Positions 16,410-26,518 of a stretch of DNA of 64,000 bases are shown here, piece after piece. Position numbers and translations under genes: made by a program. Positions within the stretch are counted from its first letter, which is position 1, and each line of letters starts with the position of its first letter. The notes beneath the pieces are model-generated. The model was not told where the DNA came from and made no database searches. It was given only the letters and a program-made list of their open reading frames with translations. The stretch spans positions 156 to 64,155 of the forward strand of contig JAGXLF010000003.1 in the NCBI GenBank assembly GCA_018334835.1. Reading direction: 5' to 3'. The stretch is from Thermoplasmatota archaeon. GTDB lineage: Archaea; Thermoplasmatota; Thermoplasmata; Halarchaeoplasmatales; Halarchaeoplasmataceae.

Positions 16410-17792
16410 ATGAGATTTGTAGATCGCGAAGAAGAATTGGATGCCTTAAGGAAACTGTACCGATCAGATAGATTTGAATTTATATCTGTCATCGGGAGGA
16501 GAAGAGTAGGCAAAACAGAATTGATCAAGAAATTCTTAGAGGAAAAGCATGGCATCTATCTTTATATATCTATGAGTGATGATAAACAGCTCAGACTCCA
16601 TATAGCGAAAAGGTTGAACGAAATACTAGGATCAAGTCTCGTCGGTGAACCTACATGGAGAGACATCATCGATGCTCTTTTTGATAAAAGTGAGAAAGAA
16701 AAACTAGTTGTTGTTTTCGATGAATTTCAGAGGCTTTTGAAGATCAATGAAGCTGTGCCTTCACTCCTACAAGAGGCTATAGATGAAAGAAAAAATTCGT
16801 CTAAGATGCTGCTCTGTGTGGCAGGTTCTTCCATCGGCATGATAGAAAAGTTGTTTCAATCCGATGCCTCGCTTTATGGGAGAAGGACTCGGAACATCAG
16901 GTTGAACCCTTTCGACTACGAGGGAGTTAGGAAATGGTTTGGCTCTAATGGGTTGGATGAGGAGTCCATATTGAAGAGATATACTGTTTTTGGAGGAACT
17001 CCCAAGTACCTAGAGTTTGCAACAGAGGGATCGCTTATGGATAATATAGGTGAACAGATTCTTTCTCCTCACTCACTGCTTTACGACGAGCCTTGGGTGC
17101 TCCTTTCAACTGAACTGAAATCTCCTGATAAGTATTTTGACATCTTAAAGCTCATATCTCTCGGAAAGGAGACTCCTAAAGAGATATCCGATCAATTAGA
17201 TCTTGAAAGGACTTCGTTAGGGTATTATATGAGGAAACTTAGGAAAGATCTCGATATGCTCAAAAGGTTAGCACCTGCAACTGAAAAAGTAACCAAAAGC
17301 AAGAAAAAGAGATACAGGATAAAAGATAACTTTTTCAGGTTCTGGTTTCACTATGTTTATCCCAATAAAGATCAACTAGAGATGGGTGATCAAGAGGGTA
17401 TAAAAGGCAAGATTGAAGATGAATTCGGTGGATATATGGGAAGAGTTTTTGAAGATGTAGTAAGGCAGATCATCAGGAAGAGAAATGGGAACAAATTACT
17501 TGAATGGGAATTAGGCCAGTATGAAAAAATAGGGTCATGGTGGGATAGACAGGGCAATGAGATCGATATCTGTGGAGTTTCAAAAGATGAAAACCTTTTA
17601 GGTGAAGTCAAATGGAGCTTATCTGATAAGAGAGATGTAAAAGAACTACTTGAAAAGATGAGGAATTCGAAATTGAAAAACAAATCTAATTTTTTAATAG
17701 TATCTAAAGAATTCACACCTGATGCCAAAAAGTGGTTGGTTGAAAAGGATGTTATTCATTTTTCTATCGAGGATTTTTCAGATGTATTTTGA
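16410..17792 (+). CDS. Archaeal ATPase (Arch_ATPase/AAA+ type) with a C-terminal DUF234-like PD-(D/E)xK-type domain
   Basis: 460 aa. MRFVDREEELDAL.., Walker A GRRRVGKTEL and Walker B LVVVFDEFQ. Predicted wHTH region. C-terminal segment GNEIDICGV..LLGEVKW is nuclease-fold-like. Confidence 0.85.
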   Translation: MRFVDREEELDALRKLYRSDRFEFISVIGRRRVGKTELIKKFLEEKHGIYLYISMSDDKQLRLHIAKRLNEILGSSLVGEPTWRDIIDALFDKSEKEKLVVVFDEFQRLLKINEAVPSLLQEAIDERKNSSKMLLCVAGSSIGMIEKLFQSDASLYGRRTRNIRLNPFDYEGVRKWFGSNGLDEESILKRYTVFGGTPKYLEFATEGSLMDNIGEQILSPHSLLYDEPWVLLSTELKSPDKYFDILKLISLGKETPKEISDQLDLERTSLGYYMRKLRKDLDMLKRLAPATEKVTKSKKKRYRIKDNFFRFWFHYVYPNKDQLEMGDQEGIKGKIEDEFGGYMGRVFEDVVRQIIRKRNGNKLLEWELGQYEKIGSWWDRQGNEIDICGVSKDENLLGEVKWSLSDKRDVKELLEKMRNSKLKNKSNFLIVSKEFTPDAKKWLVEKDVIHFSIEDFSDVF

Positions 17793-18078
17793 TAGAATGA
17801 GTAAGAGTCGTTTTGGAATAGACTGATTGAAAAGAAGGAAATATAGTCGGTCTGTTAGTTGGAAAACAGAATCGATGAACTCGAGGATCAACGCCTTTTT
17901 TTATCGACGGCGATCGTACTAATGATCGGAGTTATATCTTCACTAGCTTATCTTTGGGTGCAACAGAGAAAGAATTGAGTCTACTATGTAACACATTAGA
18001 GGCCTAAAATTATAGATTCACAAATAATAGGAACCTTATTAAATAAGTTAATTCATGGTTTGATGAGTTTCGATTCCT

Positions 18079-19137
18079 ATGAATCACTCTAACAACCGTT
18101 TGACGGATTCTAAAGTGCAGGAAAACTTGGAATGGGAGGATTGGCTCGAGGTTTTATCGGATTGGGTATGGATGATGGATCCTGAGGGTATACACATATA
18201 CTCAAATCAGGCTGTCAAAGAAATTTTGGGATATGAGAGAGAAGAGATAATGGGTAGATCTGCTTGGAGATTTTGGCCCGATGAAGACAGAGAAAAGATC
18301 AAGAAAAGCGAATTCCAAAATTACCTAAAGCAGGGAAAAAAGTGGACCAAATACCCAGGTAAGTTCAAACATAAAGATGGCTCTACCAAGATTCTAGAGT
18401 CTTCAGCAGTACCGATCTTTGATGAAGAAGAAACTCTTTTGGGATATCTGGGTATAGATAGAGATATTACCCAGAGAACTGTAGTGAGTGACAGAGAGAA
18501 ATTTCTTCATTCCTTATTGACACACGACCTTAGAAATAAATTGCACATCGCCAAAGGATGTCTACGGCTTATTCAAGAAGAGCAGTTGGACGATGAATCC
18601 GGCGGATATCTTCAAAGAGCGATCGCTTCGCTTGACGCTCAGAAGGATCTCATAGATAAGATCAGCAGCCTTAGGAGGATAGATAAAGAAGATACGGTCG
18701 ATGAAGTCGGTTTAAAAAAACATCTGGAGGTAGCAATACACCAGATCAATGCTAAAAACGACACTTCAGATGTTGAGATAAGACCCCTTGAAGATGATTT
18801 CAAAGTTCTTGGAGGAAACCTTTTAGCTGAAGTATTTTTCAACCTTATTGAGAATTCATTGAAGCATTCTAGATGTGACCTTATAGAATTAAAGGCGGAA
18901 CCGGAAGATAAGCATGTGGTCGTCATTTTTGAAGACAATGGAGAGGGAATACCTGACAAAAAGAAAGATAAGATATTCGAGAAAGGCTACAAGGCTTCTG
19001 ATTCTTCAGGTTCTGGACTGGGCATGTACCTTGTTAAAAGGATAATAGATGAGTATAATGGGGATATCTCTTTAGAGGACTCTGAAAGAGGCGGGGTAAA
19101 ATTCAAGATATGGCTCAAGTCCGCCTCACAATCATAG
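18079..19137 (+). CDS. PAS-domain sensor histidine kinase
   Basis: 352 aa. PAS region (MDPEGIHIYSNQAVKEILGY..), H-box LLTHDLRNKL, N-box NLIENSLKHS, G1 DNGEGIP and G2 GSGLGMYLVKRII. Stop codon is TAG. Confidence 0.9.
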   Translation: MNHSNNRLTDSKVQENLEWEDWLEVLSDWVWMMDPEGIHIYSNQAVKEILGYEREEIMGRSAWRFWPDEDREKIKKSEFQNYLKQGKKWTKYPGKFKHKDGSTKILESSAVPIFDEEETLLGYLGIDRDITQRTVVSDREKFLHSLLTHDLRNKLHIAKGCLRLIQEEQLDDESGGYLQRAIASLDAQKDLIDKISSLRRIDKEDTVDEVGLKKHLEVAIHQINAKNDTSDVEIRPLEDDFKVLGGNLLAEVFFNLIENSLKHSRCDLIELKAEPEDKHVVVIFEDNGEGIPDKKKDKIFEKGYKASDSSGSGLGMYLVKRIIDEYNGDISLEDSERGGVKFKIWLKSASQS

Positions 19138-19243
19138 GTATGGAAACGTCCGAGATCGCAAAACCAGTTCTTGCCTTCAAGCTCACCTTCATGAACACAT
19201 AAAATATATAAGAAATGGTGCGCATAACTAATTTTAGGAACAA

Positions 19244-22200
19244 ATGAAATTACTGTTGGTTGGTGAAGATATCGAATATCTGAATGAATTGGAGAAGTCT
19301 TTCAACGAAGAAATGAGTGAACTCGTTATAGACCTTGCAGATTCTGTCGACGAGGCAATCCCTCTCTTCAAAAATAACCAGTACCACGGGATAATTACGG
19401 ATCATGATAGACTCGGGAATGGATGTATCGATTTGCTGGAAAAGATCAGAAGAGATGAAGACAGTTCTGTCCCATTTTTGATATTGTCCAGCGAAATGGA
19501 AGATGAACCGGCTGTTAAAGCCTTGAATCTAGGTGCCGATCGATATCTTCTGAAAAAAGGAGATATTGGTGTCAACTGTTCCCGACTTGCATCTGCTGTG
19601 GTCGAAGAAGTAGAACATCGTCAGAACGCTGAAAGATTAGTGGAGCTGAACTCCCTTTTGATGTCTATACGAAATATCGATAGACTCATTTTCGAAGAGG
19701 ATGATCTTTCTTCTCTCATCGAGAGATCCTGCGATGTTTTGCTCCAAACCGGCGGTTATTTGAACGTGGAAATAGCTCTTTTGGATGATGACGAAAAGAT
19801 AAAACCCTTTTCTAGCTCGGGAGAGCACGATCACTGGGACTGGAAGTTGAAGAAAGATGGTGAAGGCGATGCTCCCGAATGTGTAAAAGAAGCCATGAAT
19901 ACTCGTTCGACTGTTACGATTAAAGGGATGAAACATTACTGTGAGGTCTGTGATTACCCAGAGGATGAGATCGATCATCATACCGTTTTGGTACCGATGA
20001 CATCTGAAGAAGAGTTATTTGGATTCTTGATAGTGTGCCACAAGCCAGATAGATTCATCTCAAAAAGAGAAGTCGAACTCCTTGAGGAGGTAGTCGATGA
20101 TCTATCCCTCGCGAGAAGAAGATTGATGGCGGAACAAACCCTTGAAGAGGAACGCGATCTATTTGTTGAAGGTTCTACTGTCTTATTCAAATGGAGAGCT
20201 GAAGAAAATTACCCGATAGAATACGTTACTCCCAACGTGGAAGAAATTTTAGGGTATGAGCAGGAAGAGATGATCAGTGGTGATATAAGTTATGCTGACA
20301 TACTTCCTGAAACGGATCTTGCACGATTGAAAAGAGAAGTCGAGAGACATATCGACATCGAGGCCGATAGGATCGAGCACAGGCCGTACCGTTTGATAAA
20401 AAAGGATGGGGGAATCATCTGGGTCAAGGACCACACGAAGATAATCAGGGACGAAGGAGAAGTAAAATATTATCTTGGTTATCTGGTGGACATTACGGAG
20501 CAAAAACGAGCTGAGGAAGCTCTTCAGAAAAGTGAGGAAAGATACAGAAGGTTGTTTGAAAGCGCTAAGGACGGGATACTGATATTGAATTATTATACCG
20601 GAGAGATCAAAGATGCGAATCCGTATATAAGAGATATTCTCGATTATTCGTTGGATGAGCTGCAGGAGGAGGAACTGTGGGAGATCGGCAGCTTTGAACA
20701 GATATGTGAAAATAGAGATGGATTCAAAGAGCTTAGAGACCAAGATTATGTGCGTTATGAGGATATACCGCTTCACACTAAAGATGGTAAAAAGGTACCC
20801 GTAGAGTTCGTAAGCAACGTGTATCGGGCTGGAGGTGAAGAGGTGATACAGTGCAATATCAGGGAGCTATCGGAGAGGAAAAAGACAGAGGAAAAACTCG
20901 AAGAGCAACATCGTTTGCTTCAAAATCTTCTCGGCAATGCGCCCGGAGTCGCTTTTCGTTGTCTTTTCGACGAATATTACACGATGAAGTTCTTGAGTCA
21001 GGGTTGTAAAGAATTGACAGGATATGATCAAGAAGACCTCATAGATAACAGGGAATCATCTTACAAGGAATTGATACTTCCTGAGGATCGAAAAGATCTT
21101 CGGGATAAAATTCAGAGATCTATAGAGGAAGATGAGCGTTACAAACACACTTATCGCATAAAAACAGCCGATGGAGATGTGAAATGGGTCTGGGAACGAG
21201 GAAAAGGTGTAGATACCGACAACGACCATACATATATTGAGGGTATGATAATCGATATAACCGATAGGAAGGAGGTGGAGAGAGAACTAAAAAAGAGTGA
21301 GGAGAGATACAGGACCATTTTTCAGTCGGCTAACGACGCCATAATGATAATGGGGAGGAACAAATTTTTAGATTGTAATGAGAAGACTGAAGAGATGTTC
21401 AAATGTGATCGTGAAGAGATAATCGGTAGAGCGCCTTGGGAATTTTCTCCTAAAAAACAACCTGACGGTAGACCATCGAAGGATAAAGCTCGGGAGAAGA
21501 TCGACCAGGCTTTTGAAGGAGAGGCTACCTTCTTCGAATGGGTTCATAAAAAAATGGATGGTACTGAATTCCATACCGAAGTGAGCCTTAATAGATACGA
21601 TATAGGAGAAGAATCGAGGCTGATCGCGGTCGTTCGTGACATCACCGATAGGAAGGAAGCTCAGAAGAGAAAAAAATTTCTGCACACCATGCTTGGACAT
21701 GACGTTGGTAACAAAACACAGACAGCAAAGGGTTACCTGAAACTTTTGAAGGAAAAATATGGGGAAGAGGAATTGATAGATAAATCTATCAGGGCAGTAA
21801 ACGAGGCTCAGGATATAATAGAAAAGATAGAGGATCTTAGAAAAGTTGAGGAGCAGGAAAAAATCAGAAAGATGTATGTCCAACCTCTTATTAAAAACGT
21901 CATAAAGAAATACGAACCTCATCTAGAGGGAATAGATATCGACTTAGAAGCGGAAGAAAAATTCCAGGTAAAGGCTGGACCGTTGCTGGAAACCCTATTT
22001 TCTAACCTTATCGAAAACTCGGTTAGACATTCTGATTGTGATAATATCAAGATCAAAATTCTGTCTAAAGGGGACGAAGTGATGATATTATTTGAGGACG
22101 ATGGAATAGGTATACCAGATCATAAAAAAGAAAAGATAATTGAGAAAGGTTTCAAGGAAGGTGAAAAAGCAGGTAGTGGACTCGGGATGTATCTTTCAAA

Positions 22201-22291
22201 GGAAATCGTCGAGAGTTACGATGGACGGTTAGAGGTCAAAGATTCTGAACTCGGCGGTGCACGGTTCGACGTATATTTGAAAAGAGCCTGA
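19244..22291 (+). CDS. Hybrid sensor kinase: receiver, GAF-like region, multiple PAS domains and a histidine kinase core
   Basis: 1015 aa. N-terminal REC (..GIITDHD.., ..LILSS.., ..LLKKGD). Repeated PAS modules separated by SEERYR(R/T) linkers. H-box MLGHDVGNKT, NLIENSVRHS, DDGIGIP and GSGLGMYLSKEIV. Confidence 0.9.
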   Translation: MKLLLVGEDIEYLNELEKSFNEEMSELVIDLADSVDEAIPLFKNNQYHGIITDHDRLGNGCIDLLEKIRRDEDSSVPFLILSSEMEDEPAVKALNLGADRYLLKKGDIGVNCSRLASAVVEEVEHRQNAERLVELNSLLMSIRNIDRLIFEEDDLSSLIERSCDVLLQTGGYLNVEIALLDDDEKIKPFSSSGEHDHWDWKLKKDGEGDAPECVKEAMNTRSTVTIKGMKHYCEVCDYPEDEIDHHTVLVPMTSEEELFGFLIVCHKPDRFISKREVELLEEVVDDLSLARRRLMAEQTLEEERDLFVEGSTVLFKWRAEENYPIEYVTPNVEEILGYEQEEMISGDISYADILPETDLARLKREVERHIDIEADRIEHRPYRLIKKDGGIIWVKDHTKIIRDEGEVKYYLGYLVDITEQKRAEEALQKSEERYRRLFESAKDGILILNYYTGEIKDANPYIRDILDYSLDELQEEELWEIGSFEQICENRDGFKELRDQDYVRYEDIPLHTKDGKKVPVEFVSNVYRAGGEEVIQCNIRELSERKKTEEKLEEQHRLLQNLLGNAPGVAFRCLFDEYYTMKFLSQGCKELTGYDQEDLIDNRESSYKELILPEDRKDLRDKIQRSIEEDERYKHTYRIKTADGDVKWVWERGKGVDTDNDHTYIEGMIIDITDRKEVERELKKSEERYRTIFQSANDAIMIMGRNKFLDCNEKTEEMFKCDREEIIGRAPWEFSPKKQPDGRPSKDKAREKIDQAFEGEATFFEWVHKKMDGTEFHTEVSLNRYDIGEESRLIAVVRDITDRKEAQKRKKFLHTMLGHDVGNKTQTAKGYLKLLKEKYGEEELIDKSIRAVNEAQDIIEKIEDLRKVEEQEKIRKMYVQPLIKNVIKKYEPHLEGIDIDLEAEEKFQVKAGPLLETLFSNLIENSVRHSDCDNIKIKILSKGDEVMILFEDDGIGIPDHKKEKIIEKGFKEGEKAGSGLGMYLSKEIVESYDGRLEVKDSELGGARFDVYLKRA

Positions 22292-22298
22292 GCCTCGA

Positions 22299-23804
22299 TC
22301 AATTCTTTTTGAAACCGTTACGCTCCCACACACCGAGGATTTTCCTAGTACCCCATAAGCTGTTTATCTCGTACACAACTATTACTTTTTCATAAATGTC
22401 TATTACGTTGAATGAATTACCGTATCTACTTCTCTGGTAAACGCTGCTTAAAGAGTTGGCATTGACCACTACAGTATCTCCTATCTTCACAGCTGAGGGA
22501 TGAGATGAAGTGCCTGTTAACACCAGTTCGATCTTCTGGTCTACGACCTCTCTGAGAAAGTCTCCACTGTCCTCGAGAAGACCCTTTTCTCTAGCGTGAG
22601 GTATTGGAAGTATATTGTGGTGAAGGAACACGGATTTGAAAGATTGTTTCCTATCGCCTAGTCTTTCAAATAGTTTTTCTCTCTGTCTCTCTCCTATATA
22701 ACCCTCTAGGGAATCGTACTGAGCGGAAGATACACCCTGAAAAAGGATCTTTTCGTCCCTGTAGGATTGGATCATCTCTCCAAAATACTTTGAAAAAAGT
22801 TCGTAACCTAGATAATTTATGTCTCTACCAGCGGGCGTGTAGATGATCGGCGTAGTGAACTTTTCCATATATTTTTTAGCAAGTTCAAAATTCTGATTTA
22901 TTCCTTCCTCAACGATACCTCCGCAATGGATGGTTAGATCGGCATCGAGCGAATTTATGTTTTTAAGAGCGTTAAAGAAATGAGTGTGGAGGAATCTAGT
23001 GGAGGATGAGATAAACGTGTTCGATATATGAACGATTCTGAATATTTTATCTCCAAAATGATAAAAAATCCTTTTATCCTTTCTCGGAAAATGTTTTACT
23101 TTTTTAGACCCGTCTACTCTTTTGGTTTTCACCTTCAACCTATCTTTTTTGATCTGTATAAGGTTGTAAGAGTTGATGTCGCCGTATCGGGTCTTTTTGT
23201 CCGAAATAGTTCCAGCATTCACAAAAACAGTGTTCTCGATGCGATGAACGTTAGGGTAGTGTCTATGTCCAGATAACACTAGGTCTACGTCGCCTTTCAA
23301 AAACAGTTCTAAAAGATCGCCGGCGTTGGAAAGTACATTACGTTCTCTCCCAGCTTTCGGTACAGGAACAACATGGTGATGAAGAACTACAATCTTTACC
23401 GATTTATCGGAGTTTTCAGCGAGAGCTTCCTTTATCATATCGAACTTGACCATCCCTACTCGTCCGATGTCCGTGTCTGGGACCGCACTATCTACGTAGA
23501 TGACGATCTCTTCTTCACTTTCAAAGACACCGTCCGGTGAATCAAAATAATCTTTGAAAATAGAAAGTCCTCCGCTCCTTTTGTCGTGGTTTCCTGGTAT
23601 TACTATAAGCGGTACTTCTACCTTATCAAATATCTCTCTCGCTTTCTTGTAATTTTTTAAATTCCCATCCCGTGTTATATCTCCAGAATGAATCAATATG
23701 TCTATGTCTTTATCGCCAATTTCTTTAAGAGCTATCTTCAGAGAGTCCTCGTTAAATTGAGATTTATTGCCTATATGGGTATCAGATATATGCAGTATAT
23801 TCAT
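22299..23804 (-). CDS. Tandem metallophosphoesterase (intact N-terminal domain, degenerate C-terminal domain)
   Basis: 501 aa. Domain 1 has HISDTHIG, GDITRDG, GNHD and GHRH. Domain 2 has HISNTFIS, CGGIVEEG and PAGRD in the equivalent places. Confidence 0.8.
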   Translation of the reverse strand: MNILHISDTHIGNKSQFNEDSLKIALKEIGDKDIDILIHSGDITRDGNLKNYKKAREIFDKVEVPLIVIPGNHDKRSGGLSIFKDYFDSPDGVFESEEEIVIYVDSAVPDTDIGRVGMVKFDMIKEALAENSDKSVKIVVLHHHVVPVPKAGRERNVLSNAGDLLELFLKGDVDLVLSGHRHYPNVHRIENTVFVNAGTISDKKTRYGDINSYNLIQIKKDRLKVKTKRVDGSKKVKHFPRKDKRIFYHFGDKIFRIVHISNTFISSSTRFLHTHFFNALKNINSLDADLTIHCGGIVEEGINQNFELAKKYMEKFTTPIIYTPAGRDINYLGYELFSKYFGEMIQSYRDEKILFQGVSSAQYDSLEGYIGERQREKLFERLGDRKQSFKSVFLHHNILPIPHAREKGLLEDSGDFLREVVDQKIELVLTGTSSHPSAVKIGDTVVVNANSLSSVYQRSRYGNSFNVIDIYEKVIVVYEINSLWGTRKILGVWERNGFKKN

Positions 23805-23805
23805 G

Positions 23806-24240
23806 TCATTCCCTCGAAATGTAGGTTTCGAGCTTTTGCCTTTCGATATCTATCAGATCTCTAAAGGTCACTATTCCAACTATGTCGTCATCTTCCTCGA
23901 TCAACACGTGCTGGATGTTCTTCTCTGCCATCAGCTCTAATACCTCCTTTATATCCGTGCTGATATCTGCGGTTATAAGATCTTCAACCATTATCTCTTT
24001 CACGGGCATATCTGGCTTCAATCCTTCGGCTACCACTTTTTTCTTTATATCACCATCGGTCAGGAAACCTACGACTTCGTCGTCTTCTATAACAATCAAT
24101 GAACCGGTTTTGAACTCGACCATCTTCTCTGCTGCTTCTTGAACGCTGTTCTCAGATCTCACTCCTATCAAACGCTTGGTCACAAAAGATCGTATCGGCA
24201 TATCTACATCGTAAAATTTTGGTGCAGCTTTACTCATCAT
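23806..24240 (-). CDS. CBS-pair domain protein
   Basis: 144 aa with two CBS repeats (..VVGFLTDGDI.. and ..IVGIVTFRDL..). Overlaps the upstream gene by 11 nt and sits 1 nt from the downstream gene. Confidence 0.85.
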   Translation of the reverse strand: MMSKAAPKFYDVDMPIRSFVTKRLIGVRSENSVQEAAEKMVEFKTGSLIVIEDDEVVGFLTDGDIKKKVVAEGLKPDMPVKEIMVEDLITADISTDIKEVLELMAEKNIQHVLIEEDDDIVGIVTFRDLIDIERQKLETYISRE

Positions 24241-25138
24241 TTACCACCGGCTCCAATTCATTGATTATATCTATTATTATCTTTCTTATCGTAGACTTCA
24301 TATCTGAGTTGGTTAGAACCCGTGCATCTCTAGTCGCTGCCTGTTCGATACAGTAATTTTGTATCATCTTTATCTTGTCCATTTTTTCTATGTATCTATC
24401 AGGGTCTCTATGGCTCCCCTCGGCTCTCATCTTGAATCTTTCTTCATGTTCCTCCTGATCGGGAACGTTTAGGACGTATTGGAAAATATAACCCTTTTTT
24501 TCTCCTTCTAAATCTAGATATCCCGGTACTAGGTGAACTCCGTTTACGATCGTATTCAAACCCTCCTTTAAGCCTCTACCGATGACCGCCTTCAATCCAA
24601 CGTTAACCAATCTTACCTGCTGATCGAATCCGTAAATCAATCTGTTTTTTACAAACGGCGCTCCGATGACTTTATCCGTCATAAAGCTAGATTCGTGCAG
24701 CGCAGGTGCAACTTCATAGGGAAGCATTTCTCTCATTATCTCCCTGATAGTATCGCTGCCGATGATCCTGTTTATGCCCAAACGAACACCTAGTTCCGAC
24801 GCTATCGTTGACTTTCCGACTCCTGCACCTCCGCCGATCAAGATCAACAGTGGTTTATCTAGATATCGTATTTTCCTAGATACTCTATAGAACTTCTCCT
24901 CTTCTTTATTTCCTCTATTCAATAGTTCTCTCCTTACCATCTTTTTGATTTTTTTAGAACTGATCGTTTTCTGATTCTCCTCTTCGATCTTTTTATTTAT
25001 TTCCCGTACGATTTCATATATCTCGTCTAAAGTAAGACCGGTTATGGAAAGAGACCTCGCTAAAATGCCCTTTGAAAAAGGATATTTTGAGTCTTCTTTG
25101 GTCACCTGTATCATTTTATCTGTATGTTGATCCGCCAT
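24230..25138 (-). CDS. 2-phosphoglycerate kinase-like P-loop kinase with an ATP-cone-like N-terminus
   Basis: 302 aa. The N-terminal region is ATP-cone-like, followed by the P-loop LILIGGGAGVGKSTIASELG..RIIGSDTIREIMR, as in the COG2074 family. Substrate not established. Confidence 0.6.
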   Translation of the reverse strand: MADQHTDKMIQVTKEDSKYPFSKGILARSLSITGLTLDEIYEIVREINKKIEEENQKTISSKKIKKMVRRELLNRGNKEEEKFYRVSRKIRYLDKPLLILIGGGAGVGKSTIASELGVRLGINRIIGSDTIREIMREMLPYEVAPALHESSFMTDKVIGAPFVKNRLIYGFDQQVRLVNVGLKAVIGRGLKEGLNTIVNGVHLVPGYLDLEGEKKGYIFQYVLNVPDQEEHEERFKMRAEGSHRDPDRYIEKMDKIKMIQNYCIEQAATRDARVLTNSDMKSTIRKIIIDIINELEPVVNDE

Positions 25139-25229
25139 AGGATCTCCCTTTTTAGATATCTAGTTTATGATAGATATAATTTGTGTGGGAATACCTTTTT
25201 CTTCTTAAAGCGCTAAAAGAGCACATTTT

Positions 25230-25664
25230 TCAAGAGGCTAGATTTTCCAAGATACGTTCGAGATAATCTCTCAAATCACTTTTTTCCTCTGCATCAAAGC
25301 CCTTCAACATCTTGTTTTCAGCTTTTTCGTCTATTTCTTTTATCAGATCTTCGATCTCATCTTTTTTGTCGGTAAGAAATATCCTAGAAGCGCGCTTATC
25401 CTCTAGATCCTTCTCTTTTCTTAGGTATCCTTTCTTGACTAGGCTCTTTATTATCTTGGATGTGGTAGATTTTGAAACGTGAAGCTTTTCGCAAATTTCT
25501 TTTTGAGTTAAACCGTCTCCCTTCTTTATCAACTTGAAGAGGAGAGGGAATTCTCCCCGACTGAAATCATAGGGTTCAAGCTCAGATCTGATTAACTTGA
25601 TCAAATTTTTGTGTACTCTTTGATACAGTTCATGGATGGAGTTCCCTGGAAGTTCTTTGGCCAT
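25230..25664 (-). CDS. MarR-family transcriptional regulator
   Basis: 144 aa. Winged HTH segment LTQKEICEKLHVSKSTTSKIIKSLVKKGYL..DKRASRIFLT. Confidence 0.85.
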   Translation of the reverse strand: MAKELPGNSIHELYQRVHKNLIKLIRSELEPYDFSRGEFPLLFKLIKKGDGLTQKEICEKLHVSKSTTSKIIKSLVKKGYLRKEKDLEDKRASRIFLTDKKDEIEDLIKEIDEKAENKMLKGFDAEEKSDLRDYLERILENLAS

Positions 25665-25728
25665 TTCATATTCTTATAAAACCATGGGATAATAAACCTT
25701 ATCACGCTTAAAACTTAACTCTTGATAT

Positions 25729-26388
25729 CTACTTCTTTTCTTTTTTATCTCTTAAAATTTTATCTATAACCTTTTGGTCCTTTCTTATCTTATCTCTTTC
25801 TTTTTCATCCACTCGAAGTGGCCCTATCAAAGCTATAGCCCTGATAAGAAAGATCACGGATATCCACATGAGTATATATGCAGGTATAGATAGAAGAGAG
25901 TATGGTTGATGGTAATACCTCACTACATAATTATAACTAAGTTCTCCATTTTCTATATGGAAATTTATGTATTCGATTTCTTGATTTCCAGTGAGGTTTA
26001 GGGTTTTATTTTCCCTTCCTTCTATATGCCAGCTATCTAAAGTTTGTCCGGCCTGGTTCAGAGTCCTGACCGTAACGTTCGTATCATCGCTCTCTCCCCT
26101 AAGTTCTAAGCTGGCGTTCACCAGTCCCAATCCCGATTTTTCTAAGAAAGGTATGGGTTCACCCGGGTTTAGAGGATCTGGTTCTGCGGGTTCGTCGTAG
26201 GGATCCGGCAACCTGGCTTCTAACTTCTCGTTTTCTGATAAAGTGTCTTTTTCTATTCTTTCTCCTAGCGCAGGGTAAGTTGCTGTTAAAGCTAAAAGGA
26301 AACCGATCCCGAACAGGGCTATAGTCAATTGAATATTACGATCTGAAAATATTTTGATAATCGCATGTTTTATGGTGGAAAGTTTCAT
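25729..26388 (-). CDS. Membrane-anchored protein, unknown function
   Basis: 219 aa. N-terminal and C-terminal hydrophobic helices flank a presumably external domain. Lys-rich tail. Confidence 0.5.
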   Translation of the reverse strand: MKLSTIKHAIIKIFSDRNIQLTIALFGIGFLLALTATYPALGERIEKDTLSENEKLEARLPDPYDEPAEPDPLNPGEPIPFLEKSGLGLVNASLELRGESDDTNVTVRTLNQAGQTLDSWHIEGRENKTLNLTGNQEIEYINFHIENGELSYNYVVRYYHQPYSLLSIPAYILMWISVIFLIRAIALIGPLRVDEKERDKIRKDQKVIDKILRDKKEKK

Positions 26389-26518
26389 CTTTTTAGCCCC
26401 TTAAATATATAATGAAAAAACTAAATTATAAATCTTCGGAATTATCCAGATGATGAATAATCTGTTAGTTCGAGTGAAAACTCTCTGAAACAAACAGCAT
26501 CTATGAAGTGGGATAGTC

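Noticed and set aside
12366-17800. Calling the tRNA-flanked region an integrated mobile element or provirus.
   Set aside because: No integrase, transposase, capsid or replication gene is visible, and no long direct repeat of a tRNA 3' half bounds the 13.6-17.8 kb block (I looked for CCCCGTGCCCCCA near 17.8-18.1 kb and did not find it). It is reported only as an accessory-looking block.
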